NCBI GenBank assembly: GCA_937920105.1
Contig: CALETH010000028.1
Location: 19,273-83,272, forward strand
Origin: an uncultured Bacteroidota bacterium
GTDB taxonomy: Bacteria > Bacteroidota > Ignavibacteria > UBA10030 > UBA8401
DNA: 64,000 bases
Reading direction: 5' to 3'
In this document: positions 48,706 through 58,335 of the stretch, piece after piece
How positions within the stretch are numbered: position 1 is the first letter of the stretch
Layout of the letters: the number at the start of each line of letters is the position of its first letter
Position numbers and translations under genes: made by a program
The notes under the pieces: generated by a model
What the model was told of the DNA's origin: nothing
Seen by the model: the letters and a program-made list of their open reading frames with translations, nothing else
The model's database searches: none

Positions 48706-48885
48706 TTTACAAAGAAAAAATCAAAGATGAATTCGCCTTGGTGAAGTAAAAATACCAATGAAAGATATAAGATTTTTTCCTCGCAAAGACAAAATCAATG
48801 GAAAATTTGCAATGAACAATTATCAATTTTAGATTTCTGTTAAACTTGTTCTCAAATGCAATACAAGCAGTCAATAAAAATACAA

Positions 48886-48908
48886 AGAGTCCCGTTATAA
48901 GCGGGACT
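48886..48908 (-). terminator. Rho-independent terminator (minus strand) after LRR gene B
   Basis: Sequence gagtcccg-cttataa-cgggactc followed by tttgtattttt on the minus strand. Confidence 0.6.
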
Positions 48909-48951
48909 CCAACTCAAACCATGATAATCTTTTCATCGTACCAATCATGGT

Positions 48952-50715
48952 TTACTTCACCAACACCATTTTCTTAATTTCACTAAATTTTCCCGCAGTC
49001 AGTCTGTAAAAATATATTCCACCGGATAATTGACTTCCATCAAAATTCACTTCATACACTCCAACTTTCTTTTCTCCATTCACTAGTGTTGCGACTTCTT
49101 TCCCTAACATATCATACACTTTCAATGTTACATAACTACTTATTGGTAGTTGATAATTGATTAGTGTTGATGGGTTGAATGGGTTCGGATAGTTTTGAGA
49201 TATACTATATTCTGTTGGTACAAAATTCTTTTCTGGATGAATTGATGTGGTGGGTAGAGTTCCAGTCCCATATGCTTTCAAGGTATCTAATCCTTTGGTG
49301 GTGTTACTGGTAAGGATGATTTGGGTGGAATCTTTTCCTAATCCATTTGGAGTGAACTTTATTGTTATATTACTTGTTTGAGTAAATGGAATGTTATATT
49401 GACTGCTTCCTACAACCATAAATTTTGAATTTGCAATATTGATTGTATTGATTTTCAAGGTATCTCCTCCCATACATTGTACGGCAAAGGACATATCTTT
49501 ATTGCTGCCTATACCAACATTCCCAAAATCTATTGTGGTAGATGAATAATTTGATGTGGGAGCAGAAAGAGTCGTAAATTGATTTATCCTATAAGGACTG
49601 GTTCCCTTAACGTTTCTTGCTCGTACTTGCCATGTGTATATTGTATTATATAGTAACGGACCTATTTTTTTGGTGGTATCAACCAGTGTAGTATCTTTAA
49701 AAACTATAATATTGTTGTGTGATACTTCCAATTGATAGGTATGGGCAAAAGAAACTTTTCCCCATTTTAATGTTGGATATAATGATTGATTGGTCGCATT
49801 ATTTATTGGACTTAGTAAGATTGGCATTGCCGGAACTGGTGGAGTTACATAATTTGCTGACATATCTTTTACTTCTATTACACCTGGTGGTGGAAATGGA
49901 AGTATCCATACATATATAGTGGTAAGATTTGGATTTAACGAACAATCTACATCTGTTAATGCTGTATTTGCACTGATATCTAAAATACTAAGGTTATTAC
50001 CAAAACATTTTAAATATGTCAACGTTGTATTTCTATTTAAGTTCAATGTAGTTAGATTATTATTAACACAACTTAACGATATCAATGCTGTATTATTACT
50101 CACATCTAAGGTACTGATGTTATTATTAGAACAAGATAGTGTTTGTAATGCTGTATTTGTACTCACATCTAAGGTACTGATGTTATTATTAGAACAATAT
50201 AATGTTTGTAATGCTGTATTATTACTCACATCTAAGGTAGTAATATTCATAGAGGCACAATCTAAATGTGTTAATGCTGTATTTGCACTCACATCTAAAG
50301 TAGTGACCTTGTTGTTCGAACAATCTAAAACTTGTAATGCTGTATTATTACTTACATTTAGTATAGAAAGATTAGTGTTATAAAAACAGTTTAAATATGT
50401 TAATGCTAAATTGTTACTTACATCCAATGTGGTAAGTTGATTAAAAGCACAACTTAAATATTGTAATGCAGTAAATTTTTCTATTCCTTGTAAGTTAGTA
50501 ATTTGTTTATTATTAATAATTAAAGTATCAATCAAATTAATATTTGGCACTACTACAGTATCACTATTACCTTGAATAATATTATAAGTTGGAGAATGAT
50601 TAATAAGCGCTTTTCTAAAACTTGTATCAGGTACACATACTTTTGTTTGGGCAGTTATCTCTACAATAAATAATAATAATGCCACAAGGGTAAGTTTGGT
50701 TTTTATCATAATCAC
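48952..50715 (-). CDS. LRR + FN3-like surface protein with a T9SS C-terminal sorting domain (paralog B)
   Basis: Same architecture as 44925-46556. The last ~200 aa are identical. The N-terminal LRR region has diverged. Confidence 0.8.
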   Translation of the reverse strand: MIMIKTKLTLVALLLFIVEITAQTKVCVPDTSFRKALINHSPTYNIIQGNSDTVVVPNINLIDTLIINNKQITNLQGIEKFTALQYLSCAFNQLTTLDVSNNLALTYLNCFYNTNLSILNVSNNTALQVLDCSNNKVTTLDVSANTALTHLDCASMNITTLDVSNNTALQTLYCSNNNISTLDVSTNTALQTLSCSNNNISTLDVSNNTALISLSCVNNNLTTLNLNRNTTLTYLKCFGNNLSILDISANTALTDVDCSLNPNLTTIYVWILPFPPPGVIEVKDMSANYVTPPVPAMPILLSPINNATNQSLYPTLKWGKVSFAHTYQLEVSHNNIIVFKDTTLVDTTKKIGPLLYNTIYTWQVRARNVKGTSPYRINQFTTLSAPTSNYSSTTIDFGNVGIGSNKDMSFAVQCMGGDTLKINTINIANSKFMVVGSSQYNIPFTQTSNITIKFTPNGLGKDSTQIILTSNTTKGLDTLKAYGTGTLPTTSIHPEKNFVPTEYSISQNYPNPFNPSTLINYQLPISSYVTLKVYDMLGKEVATLVNGEKKVGVYEVNFDGSQLSGGIYFYRLTAGKFSEIKKMVLVK

Positions 50716-50894
50716 TCCTTATTTGTTTATGGTTTATGATAGAATTATATGAACTAAATTATCTATTGTCAATATTCTAGAACTATTTTGACTTTTTGTA
50801 TTTTGAATTCTACATTTTTTCTCAAACTTTTATCATTTCTAAAAAATAAAAAGTATTCCGTTACAATGGAATCTCTACAAATTAAAATCATAGT

Positions 50895-52220
50895 CTACAT
50901 CTTCTTCATCATTGCTTCACCAAATTCTGAACACTTAATTTCTTTTGCACCATCCATTAAACGAGCAAAATCGTACGTTACAGTTTTTGCACCAATCGCT
51001 CCATTCAAGCCCTTTAAAATTAAATCCGCTGCTTCAGTCCAACCCATGTACCGCAACATCATTTCTCCGCTTAATACAACTGAACCGGGATTTACTTTAT
51101 CAAGATTCGCATATTTGGGAGCTGTTCCGTGGGTTGCTTCAAAAATTGCGTGCCCGGTGATGTAATTAATATTTCCACCAGGTGCGATTCCAATTCCGCC
51201 AACTTGTGCGGCTAACGCATCAGAAAGATAATCTCCATTTAAATTTAATGTTGCAATCACATCAAAATCTTCCGGACGTGTGAGCACTTGTTGTAAGGTA
51301 ATATCAGCGATTGCATCTTTTATAATAATTCCTGCCCCGGGTTTTCCATCGGGAATTTTACACCACGGTCCGCCATCGATTTCCACAGCACCAAAATATT
51401 CTTTCGCTACTTGATATCCCCAATCCCGAAAAGCACCTTCAGTAAATTTCATGATGTTGCCTTTGTGAACTAATGTTACATTTTTGCGTTTGTTTTCTAT
51501 TGCATAACTAATTGCACTGTGTACAAGTCGGACTGTTCCGGAATAACTTACGGGTTTAATCCCAATTCCCACATTAATATCTGTGGGGAAATTTTTTGCG
51601 CCAACAAGTTTCCAAAATTCTTCGCTTTTCTCTTTTGTGTTGAAACGAATTTTTTCGAAATCTTTTGGAAATTCTTTTGCAAGAAAATCTAAAACTTTTT
51701 GTGCTTCGGGTGAGCCGCCTTTGTACTCAATTCCTGCATAAATATCTTCTGTGTTTTCGCGAAAAATTACCATATCAACTTTTTCAGGATGTTTTACTGG
51801 CGATGGAACTCCGGTAAACCATTGCACTGGACGCAAACAGACATACAAATCTAAAATTTGTCTCAACGCAACATTGAGTGAACGAATTCCTCCTCCAACA
51901 GGAGTAGTCAATGGTCCTTTAATTCCTACAAGATATTCTTTGAATGCTTCGATAGTATCATCATGCAACCATGTATTTGGTCCGTATACTGTGTTTGCTT
52001 TTTCTCCGGCGTACACTTCAAACCATGTGATTTTTCTTTTTCCATTGTATGCTTTTGCAATGGCAGCATCAAACACTTTTTGTGAAGCACGCCAAATATC
52101 TGGTCCAGTTCCATCTCCTTCTATAAATGGTATGATGGGATTTTCTGGAACATTGAGTTTTCCATTTTGGATGGTGATTTTTTTTCCGTTGGTTGGTGGG
52201 GTGAGTTTTACGTATGACAT
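50895..52220 (-). CDS. icd: NADP-dependent isocitrate dehydrogenase
   Basis: 441 aa. [14 protein letters not shown]...SLNVALRQ...[10 protein letters not shown]. Confidence 0.95.
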   Translation of the reverse strand: MSYVKLTPPTNGKKITIQNGKLNVPENPIIPFIEGDGTGPDIWRASQKVFDAAIAKAYNGKRKITWFEVYAGEKANTVYGPNTWLHDDTIEAFKEYLVGIKGPLTTPVGGGIRSLNVALRQILDLYVCLRPVQWFTGVPSPVKHPEKVDMVIFRENTEDIYAGIEYKGGSPEAQKVLDFLAKEFPKDFEKIRFNTKEKSEEFWKLVGAKNFPTDINVGIGIKPVSYSGTVRLVHSAISYAIENKRKNVTLVHKGNIMKFTEGAFRDWGYQVAKEYFGAVEIDGGPWCKIPDGKPGAGIIIKDAIADITLQQVLTRPEDFDVIATLNLNGDYLSDALAAQVGGIGIAPGGNINYITGHAIFEATHGTAPKYANLDKVNPGSVVLSGEMMLRYMGWTEAADLILKGLNGAIGAKTVTYDFARLMDGAKEIKCSEFGEAMMKKM

Positions 52221-52288
52221 AGAAAATGAGATTGATGTGAAACAATGTAGGGACAGAACATGTTCTGTCCCTACCTGTTATGTTTTTG

Positions 52289-52375
52289 CGGAGAGAGTGG
52301 GATTCGAACCCACGGTACCCTTACGGGTACACTACCTTTCCAGGGTAGCCAATTCAACCACTCTTGCATCTCTCC
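52289..52375 (-). tRNA. tRNA-Ser (anticodon GGA)
   Basis: Reverse complement folds as a type II tRNA. Acceptor stem GGAGAGA/TCTCTCC, anticodon stem CTACC/GGTAG with loop CTGGAAA, a long variable arm (TGTACCCGTAAGGGTAC), and T-arm GTGGG-TTCGAAT-CCCAC. Confidence 0.85.
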
Positions 52376-52514
52376 AAAAGTTTTGTAATATAGGTGAAAA
52401 AAAATAAAAATAAAATTTTTATAAGAAAGATTTTTAGAATAACATCTTGCTCTCCACAATGAACTTCAGTATATTTTTTTTCCTCCATTTTACAAATTTT
52501 TAATTTCTTCAATC

Positions 52515-53024
52515 ATGCCAAAAGTCTACTGCACTTCTTTTGATTCCAAAATAGGAACTGTGTATGTTGCCTCTACAGAAAAAGGTGTTTGTAAAATTAC
52601 TATTCCGAAAGAATCCAAAAAAGATTTTTTCAAATGGCTTTCACTTCATTTTGAAAAAGATGACGTCATCGAAAACAAAAGTAGAAACAAAGAAATTATT
52701 GAACAACTCAATCGTTACTTCAACGGAAAGTTAGTAAAATTTTCTCTTCCTTTAGATTGTGTTGGAAGTGATTTTGAACTTCGTGTGTGGAAAGAACTCA
52801 AAAAAATTCCGTACGGAACAACTATTTCTTATAAGCAATTAGCCAAACGAGCAGGTGTTCCACGCGGATTTCAAGCCGTTGGAAAAGCCAATGGACACAA
52901 TCCAATTCCTATCATTATACCATGTCATCGTGTTATTGGAAACGATGGCTCTCTCACCGGTTATGCTGCAGGGACAAAAACAAAAGAATTTCTTCTTCGT
53001 TTAGAAGGTGCAATTATTTTGTAA
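52515..53024 (+). CDS. ogt: Methylated-DNA--protein-cysteine methyltransferase
   Basis: IPIIIPCHRVIGNDGSLTGY (PCHRV active site). Confidence 0.9.
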   Translation: MPKVYCTSFDSKIGTVYVASTEKGVCKITIPKESKKDFFKWLSLHFEKDDVIENKSRNKEIIEQLNRYFNGKLVKFSLPLDCVGSDFELRVWKELKKIPYGTTISYKQLAKRAGVPRGFQAVGKANGHNPIPIIIPCHRVIGNDGSLTGYAAGTKTKEFLLRLEGAIIL

Positions 53025-53034
53025 TATTTTTTTA

Positions 53035-53065
53035 GATTTGTCAAGTTTTTAAAACTTGACAAATC
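53035..53065. repeat. 31-bp AT-centred palindrome GATTTGTCAAGTTTTTAAAACTTGACAAATC
   Basis: Identical to the copy at 4557-4587. Lies inside the segment bracketed by the duplicated ogt 3' end. Confidence 0.7.
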
Positions 53066-53291
53066 TCTTCTCACAAAAAATATTTCCCATCCCATACTAA
53101 AACTATCAAAAAGTTTTCTTATTTTAGTTCTGCAAAAATAATTTCTTCCTTCCTAATTTTTTCAGAATGAATTTCTTCTTCGTTTAGAAGGTGCAATTAT
53201 TTTGCAATATGTTGAATTTCCGTAACCCTGCCAGAGTTTTAAACTCTGACAGGGTTTAGTTAAAAATAATTTCCTTCCTAATTTTTTTAGA

Positions 53292-55517
53292 ATGAATTCT
53301 TTACTTCAACAACTTAATCCTGTACAACAACAAGCCGTTTCCACTATTGATGGACCAGTGATGATTGTTGCAGGTGCCGGCAGCGGAAAAACCCGCGTTC
53401 TCACCTATCGCATTGCCTATCTCATTCATTCTAACATAAAGCCGTACGAAATTCTTGCACTCACCTTTACCAATAAAGCTGCACGAGAAATGAAAGAACG
53501 CATTCATTCCATTGTTGGACCTCAAGCAACTAATGTGTGGGCAGGAACATTTCATTCTATCTTTGCAAGAATTCTTAGACAAGAATGTGAAGTGCTTGGT
53601 TATCAAAGAAGTTTTACTATTTATGATACTGATGATTGTCTCTCACTCATCAAAAATATTATGTCCGCAATAAATCTTTCTGCACAACAATTTAATCCGC
53701 GAGCAGTGTACTCTCGCATCAGCGGAGCAAAAAATCAAATGATTTCTCCTGCAGAATATGAAAATATTGCAAAAGATATTTTTGAACAAAAGGTTGCACA
53801 AGTTTATCATGAATATCAACAACGATTATACAAATCTAATTCTATGGATTTTGATGATTTATTATTGAAACCCATTGAACTCTTTCAATCTCATCAACAT
53901 ATTTTAGAAAAATATCAACATCGTTTTCGTCACATTTTGGTCGATGAATATCAAGATACTAATCGTGCTCAATATACATTGATAAATTTATTGGCATCAC
54001 GTTTTAAAAATATTTGCGTTGTTGGTGATGATGCACAAAGTATTTATTCATTTCGTGGTGCCGATATTCGTAATATTTTAGATTTTGAACGAGATTATCC
54101 CGAAGCACAAACATTTCGATTAGAACAAAATTATCGTTCTACAAAAACTATTCTCGCTGCGGCAGATGCTGTTATTAAACGCAACAAAAATCAAATTCAC
54201 AAAACGTTGTGGACTGAAAATATTCAAGGTGATGGTATCACATTATTGGAAACCGAAGATGATAAAGATGAAGGAATGCAAATTGTTCATCGCATAAAAG
54301 AGCAATGCACAAAATATAAATATGATTTAAAAGATTTTGCCGTTCTCTATCGCACCAATGCACAATCTCGTTCTATCGAAGATGCAATGCGGCGAGCAGG
54401 AATTCCCTACATCATTGTTGGGGGAATTGAATTTTACAAAAGAAAAGAAATTAAAGATGTATTAGCCTATTTGCGAATACTCGTCAATCCCAAAGATGAA
54501 GAAAGCATGTTACGCATTATCAATTATCCCACACGAGGAATTGGTGAAACAACAATAGAAAAAATCCGAGAATATGCCAAAGAAAAAAATCTTTCTTTTT
54601 TTGATGCACTGCATTCTGTTACAAATATTCCATCACTCACCGAACGAAATAAACAAAGTATTATTCAGTTCATTCGTCTATTAGATAAATATCTTATACT
54701 CAAAAAAGAATTTTCTACCAACGAACTTGTTCGCACCTTAGTTGATGAGTTAGGAATTCTCAAAATGTATAAAGATGAAGGAACGTTGGAATCTTTAGGC
54801 AAGTGGGAAAATATTCAAGAATTACTTTCTGCGATTAGTGAATTTATTGCTGCCAAACCCGACGCAACATTAGAAACATTTTTAGAAGAAGTTGCATTAG
54901 TTTCTGCAACAGATAATTTGACGGATAATAAAAATACCATAACGTTAATGACTCTCCACGCTGCCAAAGGATTGGAATTTCCTGTAGTGTTTATTGCCGG
55001 AACAGAAGAAGGTCTGCTCCCACTCTATCAAGTTGCATTGGATGTTCACGAATTGGAAGAAGAACGAAGATTATTTTATGTGGGAATTACTCGTGCGATG
55101 AAAAAACTTTTCCTCACCCATTCACGCATTCGTTATCGTTTTGGAGATTTAACATATCCCATACTTTCTCGTTTTGTTGAAGAAATTGAAAATTCTCTTA
55201 TTATAAAAGAAACATCACGTCCAACAATTCCAAAAACTACTTCACGCAATGCATTTACGAAATATGAAAACAAAAAATCTTTCTACAAAAAAAATACGGA
55301 AGAGAATTTTATCTTTCGTGATGAAGAACCAACTTATGATGAATCACAAGAGCAGCCAACATTAAAAATTGGTTCACTGGTTCAACATGAAGTTTTTGGA
55401 AAAGGAAAAATTCTTCATCTTACAGGAAATGGTGAAGCAGCAAAAGCGGTAGTGTTATTCCAAAGTGTGGGACAAAAAAATTTGATGCTGAAGTTTGCTC
55501 ATCTAAAACTACTATAA
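53292..55517 (+). CDS. pcrA: ATP-dependent DNA helicase, UvrD/PcrA/Rep family
   Basis: 741 aa. AGAGSGKTRVLTYRIAYLI Walker A. Motifs II (DEYQDTN) to VI (VGITRAMKKLFLT) are present. Confidence 0.93.
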   Translation: MNSLLQQLNPVQQQAVSTIDGPVMIVAGAGSGKTRVLTYRIAYLIHSNIKPYEILALTFTNKAAREMKERIHSIVGPQATNVWAGTFHSIFARILRQECEVLGYQRSFTIYDTDDCLSLIKNIMSAINLSAQQFNPRAVYSRISGAKNQMISPAEYENIAKDIFEQKVAQVYHEYQQRLYKSNSMDFDDLLLKPIELFQSHQHILEKYQHRFRHILVDEYQDTNRAQYTLINLLASRFKNICVVGDDAQSIYSFRGADIRNILDFERDYPEAQTFRLEQNYRSTKTILAAADAVIKRNKNQIHKTLWTENIQGDGITLLETEDDKDEGMQIVHRIKEQCTKYKYDLKDFAVLYRTNAQSRSIEDAMRRAGIPYIIVGGIEFYKRKEIKDVLAYLRILVNPKDEESMLRIINYPTRGIGETTIEKIREYAKEKNLSFFDALHSVTNIPSLTERNKQSIIQFIRLLDKYLILKKEFSTNELVRTLVDELGILKMYKDEGTLESLGKWENIQELLSAISEFIAAKPDATLETFLEEVALVSATDNLTDNKNTITLMTLHAAKGLEFPVVFIAGTEEGLLPLYQVALDVHELEEERRLFYVGITRAMKKLFLTHSRIRYRFGDLTYPILSRFVEEIENSLIIKETSRPTIPKTTSRNAFTKYENKKSFYKKNTEENFIFRDEEPTYDESQEQPTLKIGSLVQHEVFGKGKILHLTGNGEAAKAVVLFQSVGQKNLMLKFAHLKLL

Positions 55518-55534
55518 TATAAAAGGAATTATTT

Positions 55535-57034
55535 ATGTATAATTTTTTCTACGTAATTTTATTAACAATAATAATTCATACAACAAATATTGCTCAAACA
55601 AAGGTATGGATTCCTGATGAACAATTTCGTAATGCGTTAATTAACCACTCTCTTAATTATAACATTAGTCAGAGCATCGGTGATACAGTTATTGTACCCA
55701 ATATTGCTGATATATATTTTTTAAAAATCAGTACTAATAATATTGCTAGTTTACAAGGAATAGAGAATTTTACTCATCTTGTATATTTGACATGTGGTGG
55801 TAATAAATTAATGAAATTAGATATAAGTAAAAATCAAGAATTAATATACTTAGATTGTGCAGTTAACCAACTCACAACATTAAATGTGAGTAAAAATACA
55901 AAATTAAAAACATTAATCTGCAATTACAATCAACTTACTGCTTTAAATGTAGAAAACAACATAAAATTAGAAAACTTAAATTGCTCTTCTAATAAAATTA
56001 TTTCTTTAAATTTAAAGAACAATATAAATCTCACAACATTAGATTGTTATTATAATCAACTTACTATCTTAGAAATAAACAAGAATAAAAAACTAGAAAA
56101 TTTAGACTGTTCTTCTAACCGCTTTACTTCATTAGATGTAAAAAATAATCATAATTTAAAAAAATTAAACTGTTACAATAATCAACTTACAAATTTGAAT
56201 GTGAGTCAAAATACAAATTTAACACATTTAAAATGTTATCTTAATCAATTTATAAAATTGGACATACATAAAAATACAGAATTACAATATTTAGATTGTT
56301 CCAAAAATCAACTTGTAAAATTAGATATAAGCCAGAACGGAAAATTAGTCTTTTTAGATTGTAATTCCAATAAACTTGATACATTAATAACAAATAAAAC
56401 AGAGATAAATTTAACATTAGAAACTTTATACTGTTTTTCTAATCAACTTACCACATTAGATATGACTAAAAATTTAGCGTTGAAATCTTTGAACTGTTCT
56501 TCTAATCAACTCACTGCATTAGATATAACTAAAAATTTTTTATTGAAGTTTTTGAACTGTTCTTCTAATCGACTCACCGCGTTAGATATAACTAAAAATT
56601 TTTCATTAGAAGTTTTAGATTGTTCTGTTAATCAACTTAATACATTAAATATAAACCAAAATACAAATTTAGTAGAATTAAAATGTTCTTCTAATAAAAT
56701 TAATACATTAAGTATAAATCAAAATATAAACCTGAATTATTTGTATTGTTCCTCAAACCAACTTACTAGTTTAGAATTAGGTAGTGTAAAATTAAAATTA
56801 TTAGATTGCTCTTTCAATCAACTTGGTACATTAAATGTAACCCAAAATACAAATTTAGAAATATTAAACTGTTCTTCTAATCAACTTACTAATTTAGATT
56901 TAAGTAAAAACCTAGAATTGATAAGCTTAAATTACAAGAAAACTAAAATTGAGAATATTGACCTTAGCAAAAATACAAAGTTACGAGAATTGTTTGATGA
57001 TGCAATTAAAGAAGAGGTTGAAGAAGCTCGATAA
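55535..57034 (+). CDS. Leucine-rich-repeat protein (third LRR paralog, no T9SS C-terminal domain)
   Basis: N-terminus (AQTKVWIPDEQFRNALINHS) is homologous to the N-termini of the two T9SS LRR proteins. About 20 LRR units (L.CS.N.LT.L). Ends without FN3 or sorting domains. Confidence 0.7.
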   Translation: MYNFFYVILLTIIIHTTNIAQTKVWIPDEQFRNALINHSLNYNISQSIGDTVIVPNIADIYFLKISTNNIASLQGIENFTHLVYLTCGGNKLMKLDISKNQELIYLDCAVNQLTTLNVSKNTKLKTLICNYNQLTALNVENNIKLENLNCSSNKIISLNLKNNINLTTLDCYYNQLTILEINKNKKLENLDCSSNRFTSLDVKNNHNLKKLNCYNNQLTNLNVSQNTNLTHLKCYLNQFIKLDIHKNTELQYLDCSKNQLVKLDISQNGKLVFLDCNSNKLDTLITNKTEINLTLETLYCFSNQLTTLDMTKNLALKSLNCSSNQLTALDITKNFLLKFLNCSSNRLTALDITKNFSLEVLDCSVNQLNTLNINQNTNLVELKCSSNKINTLSINQNINLNYLYCSSNQLTSLELGSVKLKLLDCSFNQLGTLNVTQNTNLEILNCSSNQLTNLDLSKNLELISLNYKKTKIENIDLSKNTKLRELFDDAIKEEVEEAR

Positions 57035-57101
57035 AACAGATTATTTATCTAACAAATAAAATTATTGTGATATTGATTATAGAAAATTTCGTGATAATTC
57101 A

Positions 57102-57518
57102 TTATTGTTGAAGTGAACGAACAATCACCAAATTTCCCCAATATTCACGATGAATGTAATGAGTAATAATTGCCGTAAATTCTTCAATCCGTGAAGGTGG
57201 AAGTATATAATACACACGAGAAGATTTTTTGTTCAAACTATTATGATGGTCAAAAAAAACATCATATTCTGTTAAACATTCTAAAGATTCAAGATTATCG
57301 GTCTCAGTTTTTACAATACCAAGAACGTAGCATTCTCGCTCTTTATCATAGCCAATAATGTCCGGAGATTTTTCTTTTTGGTCTCCGTAACCATCATTAA
57401 ATAATGGTGATGGTTCATTGTAACCATCTATTTCTCTTGCAGCAAGAATTTTTATAGAATGAGAATGAAAAATTTTTACTAATTCTTTTCGCAATAATAA
57501 ACGAGTATTATTAATCAT
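57102..57518 (-). CDS. Hypothetical protein (138 aa)
   Basis: ORF only. Its start codon lies 1 bp from the start of the divergent 57520 ORF, so at least one of the two start calls is doubtful. Confidence 0.3.
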   Translation of the reverse strand: MINNTRLLLRKELVKIFHSHSIKILAAREIDGYNEPSPLFNDGYGDQKEKSPDIIGYDKERECYVLGIVKTETDNLESLECLTEYDVFFDHHNSLNKKSSRVYYILPPSRIEEFTAIITHYIHREYWGNLVIVRSLQQ

Positions 57519-57519
57519 T

Positions 57520-58233
57520 ATGCAAATATCTTTTCAACGTTGGTTGTATCGTTTTTTAGTTTTAGGTTTTGTGTTTGGGTTATATTATGGTGTTCAACGT
57601 TTGGCAATGTTAGAAATTCTTCCTTCGCTCATTCACTTTCCTTCTACACTTTCTAAAAATTTTCTTTTCATTTTTCAGCATCACTTTTGGCAATTCACCG
57701 TAGGAATGCTCGTCATTATTGTTGCTTCTCGCGGACATTTGTGGAGTTACGGAATTAATGCCATGAACCGTCCACTTGGGTTTTCATTACTTTTACAATG
57801 GTGTATTACGACATCACTTTTTATTGTAGTATTATATTATCAATATGGTATTCCTTACAAAACAGAAATTTTTACTACAGGAAATACCATTATAATGTTC
57901 ATCACGCAATTTGTTTCCGGACCAGTTGCAGACCAAATATTTTTTTATGGAATGATGCAAACTCTTATCGGAAAATTTTGGGACGAGCCAATTGTAATTT
58001 CTCGATTTCGCATTTCCCCAGCAATACTTTTTTCCACAACACTTTTTGCTTTCGGACAAGTGAATATTCCATTCTACACTTATAACACTATTTTAATGTA
58101 TGGAATTTTTATTCTTCTTGGCGGATTTTGTGGTTATGTGTATGAAAAAACCCGCAGTCTTTTAGTACCTATGTTTGCAGAATCATTTATTTTAGGAATT
58201 CCTTTACTTGTAAAAATGATTTTAGGAATTTAA
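57520..58233 (+). CDS. Polytopic membrane protein of unknown function
   Basis: Six or more predicted TM helices. Loosely CPBP/Abi-like in topology but lacks the EExxxR and H motifs. Confidence 0.35.
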   Translation: MQISFQRWLYRFLVLGFVFGLYYGVQRLAMLEILPSLIHFPSTLSKNFLFIFQHHFWQFTVGMLVIIVASRGHLWSYGINAMNRPLGFSLLLQWCITTSLFIVVLYYQYGIPYKTEIFTTGNTIIMFITQFVSGPVADQIFFYGMMQTLIGKFWDEPIVISRFRISPAILFSTTLFAFGQVNIPFYTYNTILMYGIFILLGGFCGYVYEKTRSLLVPMFAESFILGIPLLVKMILGI

Positions 58234-58243
58234 AATATTATCG

Positions 58244-58309
58244 TCATGCCCGAATGTTTTCATCGGGCATCCACAAAATAGATTCCCGCTAAAAGCGTGC
58301 GGGAATGAC
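58244..58309. repeat. Two tandem GC-rich hairpins (GTCATGCCCGA...TCGGGCATC and GATTCCCGC...GCGGGAATGAC)
   Basis: Members of the GTCATTCCCGC family. Confidence 0.6.
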
Positions 58310-58335
58310 ATTACACTACAAATAAAATATCTTTT

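Noticed and set aside
50788-51165. 125-aa plus-strand ORF upstream of and overlapping icd
   Set aside because: Overlaps the 3' part of the well-supported minus-strand icd gene. Low-complexity composition.
51751-52407. 218-aa plus-strand ORF and 62-aa minus ORF (52271-52459) near the tRNA
   Set aside because: The plus ORF is antisense to icd and runs across the tRNA-Ser gene. The minus ORF translates the tRNA itself. Neither is supported.
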